Assembly: GCA_964386425.1 (NCBI GenBank)
Contig: CAYLQO010000001.1
Span: 1-56,856 of the forward strand
From: an uncultured Gammaproteobacteria bacterium
GTDB lineage: Bacteria > Patescibacteriota > Patescibacteriia > UBA1558 > S5-K13
Reading direction: 5' to 3'
Length of the DNA: 56,856 bases
The translations under genes and the position numbers were made by a program. Below the pieces are notes generated by a model. It did not search any database, had not been told where the DNA came from, and saw only the letters and a program-made list of their open reading frames with translations. This document shows, in pieces, positions 9,691-18,181 of the stretch (the stretch's first letter is position 1; the number at the start of each line of letters is the position of its first letter).

Positions 9691-9813
9691 AAAATATTTT
9701 TAATTTACCATTTTCAAATTCCAATTGATTTATTATTTATCTATTGAATTATTTAATTGAAAATAATGAAATAGTAAATGAATTGAAAATGGCCAAATAA
9801 TAAATAGAAAATA

Positions 9814-10863
9814 TTATATTCCTTTATCAAAAAGATATATTATCAAAGTTACAACGGCCAAAATTCCACTCATAAGCCATGCTCTCATAACAATTTTTGC
9901 CTCAGGCCAACCTAGGGCTTCTAGGTGATGATGAATTGGGGTTGAAAGAAAAAGTTTTTTTCCAGAATGTGTTTTTTTATAAATTATTTGAATTATTACT
10001 GAAAGAGATTCAATTAAAAATACAAACGCAAAAACAGGTAAATAAAGCAATGTATTTGTAAGCATTGCAATGACCCCAAGTGTTACCCCCAAACTCATTG
10101 ATCCAGTATCACCCATGAAAAACCTTGCTGGTGGAATATTAAACCACAGAAAACTTCCAAGTGCACCAACAATTACCGCACAAAATACACATAAATCAAA
10201 TTTTCCTTGTAAAAAACAGATGACACCAAGTGCTCCAAAACAAACTAATAGTAACCCGCCCACAAGACCGTCAAGTCCATCTGTTTCATTTACTGAAAAA
10301 GATGTTGCAGTCACAACAAAAACAAATATAGGAATAATCCACAATCCTACATTAAAATTTCCAACAAAAGGAATATGGAGTACATCCCAATCAAGTTTAA
10401 AATAAAACCAAAGTGCTCCAATAAGAGTTATACTTGTATAAATTAAAAGTTTTTGTTTTACACTTAATCCCCCGCCTTTTGAACCTATTCTTCTTACACC
10501 CATATAATCATCTAATAGACCCACAAGTGCTGATGCAATTAAAGCCCCAAGGGGTAAAAGTGTTTGAGATCTTGAGAAAAAATTTAAAACAGCAATTCTT
10601 GTATCTGGAAACATAGAAGACAGGAAGTAAAAGAAAAATATAACTAAAATGACAGTAAGCCAAATTATTACTCCACCCATTGTTGGTGTTCCTTCTTTAC
10701 TTTTATGCAAACTAAAAAAAATCGGAGCGGTATTTTCAGATCTAATTTGTTTTCCAAGTTTATATTTATACAAAAAATAACTCACAAGCGGAGTAATTAA
10801 AAAAGCAATAATTGCTGAAAAAGTGGTAAGTATAAAAACTTTTACTATAATTGCATTTATCAT
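9814..10863 (-). CDS. mraY: phospho-N-acetylmuramoyl-pentapeptide transferase
   Basis: 349 aa polytopic protein with the MraY motifs GTPTMGG, LLDDYMG, NETDGLDGL and HHHLE. Confidence 0.92.
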   Translation of the reverse strand: MINAIIVKVFILTTFSAIIAFLITPLVSYFLYKYKLGKQIRSENTAPIFFSLHKSKEGTPTMGGVIIWLTVILVIFFFYFLSSMFPDTRIAVLNFFSRSQTLLPLGALIASALVGLLDDYMGVRRIGSKGGGLSVKQKLLIYTSITLIGALWFYFKLDWDVLHIPFVGNFNVGLWIIPIFVFVVTATSFSVNETDGLDGLVGGLLLVCFGALGVICFLQGKFDLCVFCAVIVGALGSFLWFNIPPARFFMGDTGSMSLGVTLGVIAMLTNTLLYLPVFAFVFLIESLSVIIQIIYKKTHSGKKLFLSTPIHHHLEALGWPEAKIVMRAWLMSGILAVVTLIIYLFDKGI

Positions 10864-10864
10864 A

Positions 10865-11224
10865 TTAATATTCTATTGAAATTATTTTTAATAAATAAAT
10901 TAATAAAACCGAATTTAAAAATACGCTTGAGGCAACTAAAATATATGGTAAAACTAATGATTCTTTTTTTAAATTATAATAATATCCTAAAATAAAATTA
11001 AATAATATAAACACAATTCCTAAAATTGGTGCAAATAAAATATATTTTGGCTCATTTAAATAATCTATTCCAAAATAAAAATTATAATGTAAAACATGCA
11101 TTGTTCTTCCAAAATCTATAACCCTATAAATAATTAACCAAATAGATAAATTAATCAGACAAGAAAAAATTACAGGAATTAATATCCACGTTTTTCTCAA
11201 AAATATTTTTATTTTTTTTAACAT
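10865..11224 (-). CDS. small integral membrane protein, hypothetical
   Basis: 119 aa product with 3-4 predicted hydrophobic helices. It is tightly packed between mraY and the desulfurase gene. Confidence 0.55.
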   Translation of the reverse strand: MLKKIKIFLRKTWILIPVIFSCLINLSIWLIIYRVIDFGRTMHVLHYNFYFGIDYLNEPKYILFAPILGIVFILFNFILGYYYNLKKESLVLPYILVASSVFLNSVLLIYLLKIISIEY

Positions 11225-11228
11225 AAAC

Positions 11229-12401
11229 TTATTTAAGCGGAGAAAAATCTCTTAGTTGTAATACTGCCTTTTTTAAAATTATAATAAAAAATTTTGCTTC
11301 TTCCATTGTGTTGTATTTTCCTAAACTAACCCTTAATGATCCGTGGGCATTCTCCGGTTTTATCCCCATTGAAAGCAAAACATGAGAAGCGCTAAGTGAT
11401 CCTGATGCACAAGCTGAACCAGTTGAACATGCAATGCCACTTAAATCTAATTTTAATAACAAACTTTCACCTTCAACATTTTTAAACAATAAATTAACAT
11501 TATTTTCTAATCTTTGTTCCCTGTCTCCATTTAATGAGACATCTTTTATTTTAAGTGCTTCATTTATTATAAAATCCCTAATTTTTTTCATTTTCTCTAC
11601 TAGTATCTTATGATCTTTGTTTGAAATTAATTCAATCGCACGCCCAAATCCAACAATTGCTGGTACATTGTATGTTCCTGGTCTTGTTCCATATTCCTGA
11701 TGTCCTCCGTGCATAAGTGGAGATAATTTTGTATGTTCACGCATAAAAAATGCACCAATACCTTTTGGTCCGTAAATTTTATGAGAAGAAATAGATAAGA
11801 AATCAACTCTTAATTTTTTTACATCCATATCTCTAAAATAACATGCTTGTACTGCGTCACTATGAAATAAAATTTTATCATCTCTTTTCTGATTTATTTC
11901 CTCTAATTTTTTACCAATATGAGCAATTTTCGAAACAGTTCCCACCTCATTATTTGCATACATCACTGAGATTAGGCGAGTATTGTTTTTTATTGCTGCA
12001 AAAACTTTCTTTGGGTCTATTACTCCATTTTTTTCCGGTGCGATAAATGTGACCTCAACGCCCCGTCGGGACAAATACTTTGCAGTTTCTAAAACACATG
12101 GGTGCTCAAACATTGTTGTTATTAAATGTCCCTTAAAATCACTAAAAACTCCTTGTAAAATTGTATTGTTACTTTCTGTCGCACCTGATGTAAAGATTAT
12201 TTCATTTGGTTTACAATTTAAAAATTTTGAAATAATATATTTTGCATTTAAAACTCCTGCTTCTGCTTTTTGACCAAATGTGTGTATTGATGAGGCATTT
12301 CCAAATTCTAAATTAAAATAAGGGGTCATTGCTTTAAAAACCTCTTTATCTATAATAGTTGTAGCTGCATTATCAAAATAAATTTTATTTTGTTTTTTCA
12401 T
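11229..12401 (-). CDS. cysteine desulfurase (NifS/IscS class)
   Basis: 390 aa product with the PLP-lysine motif SSHKIYGPKG and the active-site loop STGSACASGS. Confidence 0.88.
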   Translation of the reverse strand: MKKQNKIYFDNAATTIIDKEVFKAMTPYFNLEFGNASSIHTFGQKAEAGVLNAKYIISKFLNCKPNEIIFTSGATESNNTILQGVFSDFKGHLITTMFEHPCVLETAKYLSRRGVEVTFIAPEKNGVIDPKKVFAAIKNNTRLISVMYANNEVGTVSKIAHIGKKLEEINQKRDDKILFHSDAVQACYFRDMDVKKLRVDFLSISSHKIYGPKGIGAFFMREHTKLSPLMHGGHQEYGTRPGTYNVPAIVGFGRAIELISNKDHKILVEKMKKIRDFIINEALKIKDVSLNGDREQRLENNVNLLFKNVEGESLLLKLDLSGIACSTGSACASGSLSASHVLLSMGIKPENAHGSLRVSLGKYNTMEEAKFFIIILKKAVLQLRDFSPLK

Positions 12402-12624
12402 TATTTTTTCTTATTACTTTTACGTTTGGTATAGCTTTCTTTAATTCTTCTTGTATAAATCCTGTTATGGTTAATTCAGCCATTGGACAATGCTGACACA
12501 CCCCCAAAAGTTTTATTTCAATTATATTTTTCTTTTCATCAAAATTAACAATTTCTAAATCCCCACCATCCATATTTAAAATACTCCTAATTTTTTCTAT
12601 TGCTTTTTCTAGGTTTTTTGTCAT
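12385..12624 (-). CDS. NifU C-terminal (Nfu-like) Fe-S assembly domain protein
   Basis: 79 aa product containing GGDLEIVNFDE...GVCQHCPMAELT, the CxxC of Nfu domains. Confidence 0.75.
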   Translation of the reverse strand: MTKNLEKAIEKIRSILNMDGGDLEIVNFDEKKNIIEIKLLGVCQHCPMAELTITGFIQEELKKAIPNVKVIRKNNEKTK

Positions 12625-12997
12625 TTGGTTTTTTTAAATAATCGTTTATTGCCTTGTGAAGTGCTTCTATTGATAACATTGAACAATGAACTTTCTGATT
12701 TGGAAGTCCACCTAATTTTTTTAGTATTATATCTTTGTCTAATTTTAATGCATTTTGTAGTGTTTTCCCCTTTGCTGACTCTGTAACAACAGAAGAACAT
12801 GCTATAGCAGCACCACACCCTAGAGTTTCAAATTTTATATCCTTAATTTTGTTTAATTTTTTGTCAATTTTAAGGTATATTTTCATTATGTCACCACAAA
12901 CAGGATTACCCACCTGAGAAACAGCGTCTGGACTCGTCATTTTCCCCTGATTTCTAGGATTTTGAAAATGATCCAAAACTTGTTTTGAATATAGCAT
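12587..12997 (-). CDS. IscU/NifU N-terminal type Fe-S cluster scaffold
   Basis: 136 aa product with VLDHFQNPRNQG, NPVCGD, LGCGAAIA and VHCSMLS, the three conserved Cys positions of IscU. Confidence 0.85.
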   Translation of the reverse strand: MLYSKQVLDHFQNPRNQGKMTSPDAVSQVGNPVCGDIMKIYLKIDKKLNKIKDIKFETLGCGAAIACSSVVTESAKGKTLQNALKLDKDIILKKLGGLPNQKVHCSMLSIEALHKAINDYLKKPNDKKPRKSNRKN

Positions 12998-13052
12998 ATA
13001 TAAGTATAATTAATTATAAATTCTTTATATATATTATCATTGAAGTGACTAT

Positions 13053-13080
13053 TTGACAATATGGCTATTTTTGATATAAT
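13053..13080 (+). promoter_or_regulatory. consensus promoter of rpmA
   Basis: TTGACA at 13053-13058, a 16 nt spacer, then TATAAT at 13075-13080. Confidence 0.7.
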
Positions 13081-13100
13081 TTTCTAAGTTATCAATAAAA

Positions 13101-13178
13101 TAGCTATCAGCTATTAGCAATAAGCTCTCAGGAAATTCCTATGGCTTAAGGCTAAACGCTGAAAGCTGAAGGCTTAAA
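13101..13178 (+). repeat. AGCT-word leader element (family A copy) in the rpmA 5' UTR
   Basis: It reads GCTATCAGCTATTAGCAATAAGCTCTCAGGAAATTC. The copy upstream of ftsE reads GCAATTAGCTATTAGCTGTCAGCTTTCAGGAAAGC in the same orientation relative to its gene. Confidence 0.5.
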
Positions 13179-13181
13179 CAT

Positions 13182-13466
13182 ATGGCACATAAGAAATCTG
13201 GTGGTTCTACTCAGCTGGGAAGAGATTCCCGACCAAAAATGCTGGGTGTGAAAATGCAAAACGGACAAAGTGTAAAACCTGGCCAAATTATCATAAAACA
13301 GCGTGGTACAAAACATCATGCAGGAAAAAATGTTAAAAAGGGCTCTGATGATACACTTTATGCTGGAAAATCTGGAGTAATAAAGTTTTCCAAAAAAAAG
13401 GTAAAAGCATTTGATGGAAAACTTAAATTAAGAAGCTTTGTATCAATAGAAGAATCAAAGAAATAA
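13182..13466 (+). CDS. rpmA: 50S ribosomal protein L27
   Basis: The product begins [24 protein letters not shown], the canonical L27 N-terminus. Confidence 0.93.
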   Translation: MAHKKSGGSTQLGRDSRPKMLGVKMQNGQSVKPGQIIIKQRGTKHHAGKNVKKGSDDTLYAGKSGVIKFSKKKVKAFDGKLKLRSFVSIEESKK

Positions 13467-13480
13467 ATTACTCATACAAA

Positions 13481-13509
13481 AAATTCCAAATCTAGTTTGG
13501 AATTTTTTT
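13481..13509. terminator. bidirectional terminator between rpmA and ftsX
   Basis: AAATTCCAAA (13481-13490) pairs with TTTGGAATTT (13496-13505). It is flanked by an A-run and a T-run. Confidence 0.7.
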
Positions 13510-13518
13510 ATTGAAATT

Positions 13519-14448
13519 TTATATCTTCAGATATCTTTTTATAGAAATCATGGAGCTTAGTATTGAAAAAACACATGAGAGCAATAACTGTCCAAAAAAT
13601 ATAACAATAAAATTGGAATTAAAATAAGATACCATATTCACTGTGTAACCCTCAAACAATCTATTGATTATCGGTTGTAAAAACGCCAAACCAGAATAGA
13701 CTATAATAATAATTAAAATTAGTGCCACCACATTATAAAACAAAATGTTTAATAAAAATGGTGCTTTTATAAAATTTTCTGTTGCACCAACTAATTTCAT
13801 TATATTTATTTCATCTCTATGAGTATATATTGCTATTTTAATAGTATTAAAAACCATCATAAATGCTATTAACATAAACACTCCTGAAATTATATAAGCA
13901 AAAAATCTTATTTTCTCTGAAATATCATCTAATTTTTGTGTCATTATTGTATAATCTCTAAATTGAGCCTCATCTATTTCAAATAAATCAACATATTGAC
14001 TTTCTTTTAATTCTTTCAGGATATTAGAATACATTGAAATATCTTTTGCCTTTATTCTTAAACTCGCTGAAAACACATTTGAATTATCTTTTTTCAATTC
14101 CTCTATAGCACTTAAAAGATTTTGATCTTGTTCATGTTTTTTTTGAAAATTTTCTAGAGCTTCATTTGAGGAAACATAGATAACTGATTTTATATAATCT
14201 GATGAAGCAATTTTTTGTTTCAAGTCATCAATTTGCTCTTGTGTTATAGTTTGTTTGAAATAAACACTTACATCAACCTTGTCTTTTATGACATGAATTG
14301 CGTTATTTGTTAATAAATTAAAAATAATTAAAAAATTAATCGTTAAAAGTGCTAAAACTAAAATAGTAATATTAACTATTGAAAGCCAAATATTTCTAAC
14401 AAAATCATTAAATGCAAATTTTAATACTCTTACAAAATTTACTAACAT
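13519..14448 (-). CDS. ftsX: cell division permease-like protein FtsX
   Basis: 309 aa product with an N-terminal TM helix, a periplasmic domain and a C-terminal FtsX-type 3-TM bundle. It lies directly downstream of ftsE. Confidence 0.8.
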   Translation of the reverse strand: MLVNFVRVLKFAFNDFVRNIWLSIVNITILVLALLTINFLIIFNLLTNNAIHVIKDKVDVSVYFKQTITQEQIDDLKQKIASSDYIKSVIYVSSNEALENFQKKHEQDQNLLSAIEELKKDNSNVFSASLRIKAKDISMYSNILKELKESQYVDLFEIDEAQFRDYTIMTQKLDDISEKIRFFAYIISGVFMLIAFMMVFNTIKIAIYTHRDEINIMKLVGATENFIKAPFLLNILFYNVVALILIIIIVYSGLAFLQPIINRLFEGYTVNMVSYFNSNFIVIFFGQLLLSCVFSILSSMISIKRYLKI

Positions 14449-14491
14449 AAATTTATTTACTATTTATTATCCCACTTAGCGAGATTGAAAA

Positions 14492-15172
14492 TTATAATAT
14501 ATAACGTCCTCTCATCTGATCACTTATAATTCTACCCCCCTCCATTGTTACAACACGCTTATTTAAACTATTAACAATATCTCTATTGTGAGTAACTAAA
14601 ATTACCGTTGTATTTAAATTGTTAATACGTAATAATAAATCAATTATTTCTCTTGAATTAATAGAGTCTAAATTACCAGTTGGTTCATCTGCTATAAGTA
14701 ATTTTGGTTGATGAACTAAAGCACGGGCAATTGCTGCTCTTTGTTGTTCTCCACCTGAAAGTTGATTTGGATATCTCTCTGCTTTATATTGAAGACCTAC
14801 AATTTTTAAAATTTGAGGAAGAACCTTTTTTATTCTTTCATTATTTATACCAGATGTCTGCATTGCAAAACTTATATTTTCATAAATATTTTTCTTTGGT
14901 AATAATTTAAAATCTTGGAATATAAAACCTATCTGGCGTCTTAAATATGGAATCTCATATTGTTTTATATTTGTTATATCCCAACCACCTATTTCTACAC
15001 TACCCTCTGTTGGACGTTCTTCTGCAAATAAAATCTTTGCTAATGTACTTTTTCCAGTTCCTGATTGTCCAACAACAGAAACAAACTCCCCCGCTCCAAT
15101 ATCAAGAGATACTTTGTTTACAGCCCAGACATCTGGCTTATAAAATTTTGAAACATTATTTAATTTAATCAT
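14492..15172 (-). CDS. ftsE: cell division ATP-binding protein FtsE
   Basis: ABC ATPase with Walker A GQSGTGKST, signature LSGGEQQR and Walker B LLIADEPT. I start it at MIKLNNVSKFY (15172). The track ORF extends 6 codons further to 15190, inside the repeat element. Confidence 0.85.
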   Translation of the reverse strand: MIKLNNVSKFYKPDVWAVNKVSLDIGAGEFVSVVGQSGTGKSTLAKILFAEERPTEGSVEIGGWDITNIKQYEIPYLRRQIGFIFQDFKLLPKKNIYENISFAMQTSGINNERIKKVLPQILKIVGLQYKAERYPNQLSGGEQQRAAIARALVHQPKLLIADEPTGNLDSINSREIIDLLLRINNLNTTVILVTHNRDIVNSLNKRVVTMEGGRIISDQMRGRYIL

Positions 15173-15180
15173 TATATTAG

Positions 15181-15250
15181 CTTTTAGCATTTAGCTTTTA
15201 GCTCTTAGCTAATGCTTTCCTGAAAGCTGACAGCTAATAGCTAATTGCTA
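15181..15250 (-). repeat. AGCT-word leader element (family A copy) upstream of ftsE
   Basis: The plus strand reads GCTTTTAGCATTTAGCTTTTAGCTCTTAGCTAATGCTTTCCTGAAAGCTGACAGCTAATAGCTAATTGC. Confidence 0.5.
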
Positions 15251-15295
15251 CTATATATTTTACTATATTTTTGTATTTTTGACTAAAAATATAAT

Positions 15296-16171
15296 TTATT
15301 TTAACAAAAAATCTTTATTATTTAATAAAAATGTTTCAAAATCAACTGCTTTTTCTGGCTCTTGATTAGAATATTTTTTATATAAATTATATGTTCTATT
15401 ATTTGATTCATATGGAAAACTTCCTACGTATTTTTCACTATCACTTTTATACCAATCATTATAGGTACGGACGATTACTTCACATAAACAACTTTTAAAA
15501 TCATCTTCATAATGTTCTCTTAATTTGGGATTAATTGTTTCCATTATTTGATTTTTTTCATCTTCAGAAAATTGTCTTTCTTGTATTAATTTATCCACAA
15601 TAGAATTAATAAAAGTATGCATAAATTCATGGTCAAAATTATCTTTATTTGTACTATGAGACAATATAAATGCTTCTTTATTAATCATTATGGCATATCC
15701 AGATTTCTTACTTAGTATATCATCAGCATCAACTTTTATGACTTTCTGAACTCTTGATTCAAAATCAACTGGTTTAAAATATTTTATTAATTTTTTTATC
15801 CTTTCACTATATTCATCTTCTATACTTTTTTTATCTACATCATTAATATTTTGTGAAATTTCACTTTTATTTTTTTCTAAAATTTTAAATAACTCTTCTT
15901 GAATTTGTTTTGGATTTTCAATATATTCTTTGTCTTCTTTTATTTTCAAAAAAACAGCGTCTTCTCTTTCTGGATGATTAAATGTCATAACCAACCAATA
16001 AAGCGCTTCTTCGTCGGCTAATTCTAATAAATATGATAATTCCTTACTTTTTTCTTCTTTATTTAAAAGTTTACTAAAAATTTCAAGAATTGGCTCTCTT
16101 CTATATTCTATTTCTGGATAAAAAAAGTTCTCTTTTTCCTCTACTGTTTGTGGTTTTTCAAAATTGTTCAT
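15296..16171 (-). CDS. hypothetical protein with an HExxH motif (possible zinc metallopeptidase)
   Basis: 291 aa acidic/lysine-rich protein with no signal peptide. It contains NFDHEFMHTFINS (H-E-F-M-H). I recognised no other family. Confidence 0.5.
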   Translation of the reverse strand: MNNFEKPQTVEEKENFFYPEIEYRREPILEIFSKLLNKEEKSKELSYLLELADEEALYWLVMTFNHPEREDAVFLKIKEDKEYIENPKQIQEELFKILEKNKSEISQNINDVDKKSIEDEYSERIKKLIKYFKPVDFESRVQKVIKVDADDILSKKSGYAIMINKEAFILSHSTNKDNFDHEFMHTFINSIVDKLIQERQFSEDEKNQIMETINPKLREHYEDDFKSCLCEVIVRTYNDWYKSDSEKYVGSFPYESNNRTYNLYKKYSNQEPEKAVDFETFLLNNKDFLLK

Positions 16172-16204
16172 TTTTTATATTTTTGACTAAAATTTTAATA
16201 AATT

Positions 16205-16280
16205 TGGAGCCGGAGACAGGAGTCGAACCTGCGACTTGCAGTTTACGATACTGCCACTCTACCAACTGAGTTACTCCGGC
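16205..16280 (-). tRNA. tRNA-Thr (anticodon CGU), CCA encoded
   Basis: The reverse complement is GCCGGAGTAACTCAGTTGGTAGAGTGGCAGTATCGTAAACTGCAAGTCGCAGGTTCGACTCCTGTCTCCGGCTCCA. It folds into a cloverleaf with a 7 bp acceptor stem. The anticodon loop is ATCGTAA and the T-loop is TTCGACT. Confidence 0.9.
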
Positions 16281-16284
16281 ACAA

Positions 16285-17157
16285 TTACGGCACCAAAACT
16301 TTAAATTTTCCATTAACCAGGTATTCTTCTATATAATCACTTAAATTTTTAGTTTCTAAAAATATTTGACTAAATTCATAAAACTTCTGATCTTTTTTCT
16401 CATCAAGTATTATTGATTCAATTTTATAAATATGATAACCCGAAATACTCTGTATAACTGGAGACAAATCACCAACATTCATATTATCAATAATATCTCT
16501 GAGACTTTGTGGTAAATCATTTTTTGGTAAAAAACCAATTTTTTTTATTGAGTTTATATCTTTATCATTATATTTATCTGAATACTCAATAAATTTATCT
16601 GGATTTTTGGCTATATCAGAATATATTTCATCAATTTTTTTTCTTTGATCTATATTATCTTTTAAAGTTGGTAATTTTTCTGATATTTTAATTCTACAAA
16701 ATGAGGGAAATATAACATATTCTTCAAATTTTTCTTCCCTAAATCCTAAATTATTTTTTAATTTTAAAATAACATTTTTGTCTATATTATTCTCAGCATA
16801 AAAACTATTTTTAAATTCTAAATATTCTTTATTTCTTTCACATTTAACATTTAATTTTTTACTCATTTTTTCAATAAAATTTATTCCGATAATTTGTTTT
16901 ACTGCAGAATTAACATATTTATCCTTATTTGCACTACCATCAAATAAAAAATAAATTTTATAATCCTTTAAAAAATTTTCATAATCATTAAAACTAATAT
17001 AAGCTCCATTAGAATAAATTGCTGGAAATGGTATTATTTTAGCAAAAAATCCTCCCAAAAATAAATCCGATTTAGAAGCATAAATATCAAAAACAGAGAA
17101 AGAAAATAAAACAACAACAAATAAGATAAATATATAAATAGTTTTTTTAAATTTCAT
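16285..17157 (-). CDS. membrane-anchored PpiC-type peptidyl-prolyl isomerase / SurA-PrsA-like chaperone
   Basis: 290 aa product with an N-terminal TM helix. The C-terminal rotamase-like segment reads GDLSPVIQSISGYHIYKIES. Confidence 0.6.
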   Translation of the reverse strand: MKFKKTIYIFILFVVVLFSFSVFDIYASKSDLFLGGFFAKIIPFPAIYSNGAYISFNDYENFLKDYKIYFLFDGSANKDKYVNSAVKQIIGINFIEKMSKKLNVKCERNKEYLEFKNSFYAENNIDKNVILKLKNNLGFREEKFEEYVIFPSFCRIKISEKLPTLKDNIDQRKKIDEIYSDIAKNPDKFIEYSDKYNDKDINSIKKIGFLPKNDLPQSLRDIIDNMNVGDLSPVIQSISGYHIYKIESIILDEKKDQKFYEFSQIFLETKNLSDYIEEYLVNGKFKVLVP

Positions 17158-17159
17158 AT

Positions 17160-17588
17160 TTATTGCTTTTTACTTGCAAAAAAATAACCCCACCAGGATT
17201 TAATATTTTCATAAATCATGGACTCCTCTTTATTATTATTTAATTTTTGCTCTAAATTTTCTTCTTTTGGAAGAACTATTATTTTTTCTCCTGGTTTTTT
17301 AAGGCCTAATTTTTCTCTTGAAAAAGATTCAACATATTCGTCTGTTTCAAAATAAGTTATAAGATTTTTGAGATCTGAATTTTGTTTATCAATATCATTT
17401 ATCTGTGATTTTAAATTTTCAATTTCTTGTTTTACGCGTTTTCTCTGTTGTAAATCTTTATATAAATTTGTAGCCAAATAGACTGAAAAAATTAAAATCA
17501 ATGCAAAAAATATTTTTGATGAAAAAATTCTAAAAAACAAAGATTCTTTTTGTTTAACCATGACTATATTATACCTAAAAATACCCAT
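17160..17588 (-). CDS. septum formation initiator FtsB/DivIC family protein
   Basis: It has a single TM helix, then a coiled coil (QQRKRVKQEIENLKSQINDIDKQNSDLKNLI), then REKLGLKKPGEKIIVL. The start may be the internal MVKQKE at 17561. Confidence 0.65.
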   Translation of the reverse strand: MGIFRYNIVMVKQKESLFFRIFSSKIFFALILIFSVYLATNLYKDLQQRKRVKQEIENLKSQINDIDKQNSDLKNLITYFETDEYVESFSREKLGLKKPGEKIIVLPKEENLEQKLNNNKEESMIYENIKSWWGYFFASKKQ

Positions 17589-17597
17589 AGATTCAAA

Positions 17598-18077
17598 CTA
17601 AACACGTACTTCTAGAATGAAATTCTTAATCTTTTTTGGATTAACAACAAAATCAAAATAAACTTCTTTTTTATTTTTTAATTTAATAGTCAAATCTCCT
17701 ATTTTTAAAAATTTAAAAAGGGAACTGCTATATTCTATATCTATTTTGGAAACATTATCCAGAAAAAATTCCTGCATATCATTTTTAATAAAACCCCAGT
17801 AACATCTAATCGATTTTCTATTTGTAACAACCAGACAATCATATTCCCATGTCTTATAAACAACATATGTAGAAATAATACAAAAAATTATTATTATTAG
17901 AAACAACAATAGACCAAAAAATCCCAACTTCATAATTGGGACCATGAAAAAAAATGCACATAAAAATATAAAAAAACGAAGTGCTATTTTAATTACAAGA
18001 AAAAATAATGCATAATGAAAAATTTCAAGCACCTCTTCATTATTCGATAAATATCTGCTAAAATATTTATACGACAT
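17598..18077 (-). CDS. membrane protein with bacterial PH (YdbS/DUF304-like) domain
   Basis: 159 aa product with two TM helices followed by a beta-rich domain. The assignment rests on architecture only. Confidence 0.45.
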   Translation of the reverse strand: MSYKYFSRYLSNNEEVLEIFHYALFFLVIKIALRFFIFLCAFFFMVPIMKLGFFGLLLFLIIIIFCIISTYVVYKTWEYDCLVVTNRKSIRCYWGFIKNDMQEFFLDNVSKIDIEYSSSLFKFLKIGDLTIKLKNKKEVYFDFVVNPKKIKNFILEVRV

Positions 18078-18181
18078 AAATTTATGAAAAAAAATAAAGT
18101 AGTAAAAATATTCTGGATAATAACTGCAATAATTGTTATATTCTCTATGTTAGTCTGGACAGTTGGAGTAAATTATTTGTA

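Noticed and set aside
10070-10405. Antisense or alternative-frame track ORFs. Examples: 793-1098, 2095-2292, 4870-5214, 7239-7484, 8636-8905, 10070-10405, 11983-12273, 12621-12818, 21263-21637, 27316-27528, 34247-34564, 44695-45030, 55708-56091.
   Set aside because: Each lies entirely within, or antisense to, a confidently identified conserved gene. They have low-complexity composition and no start signals.
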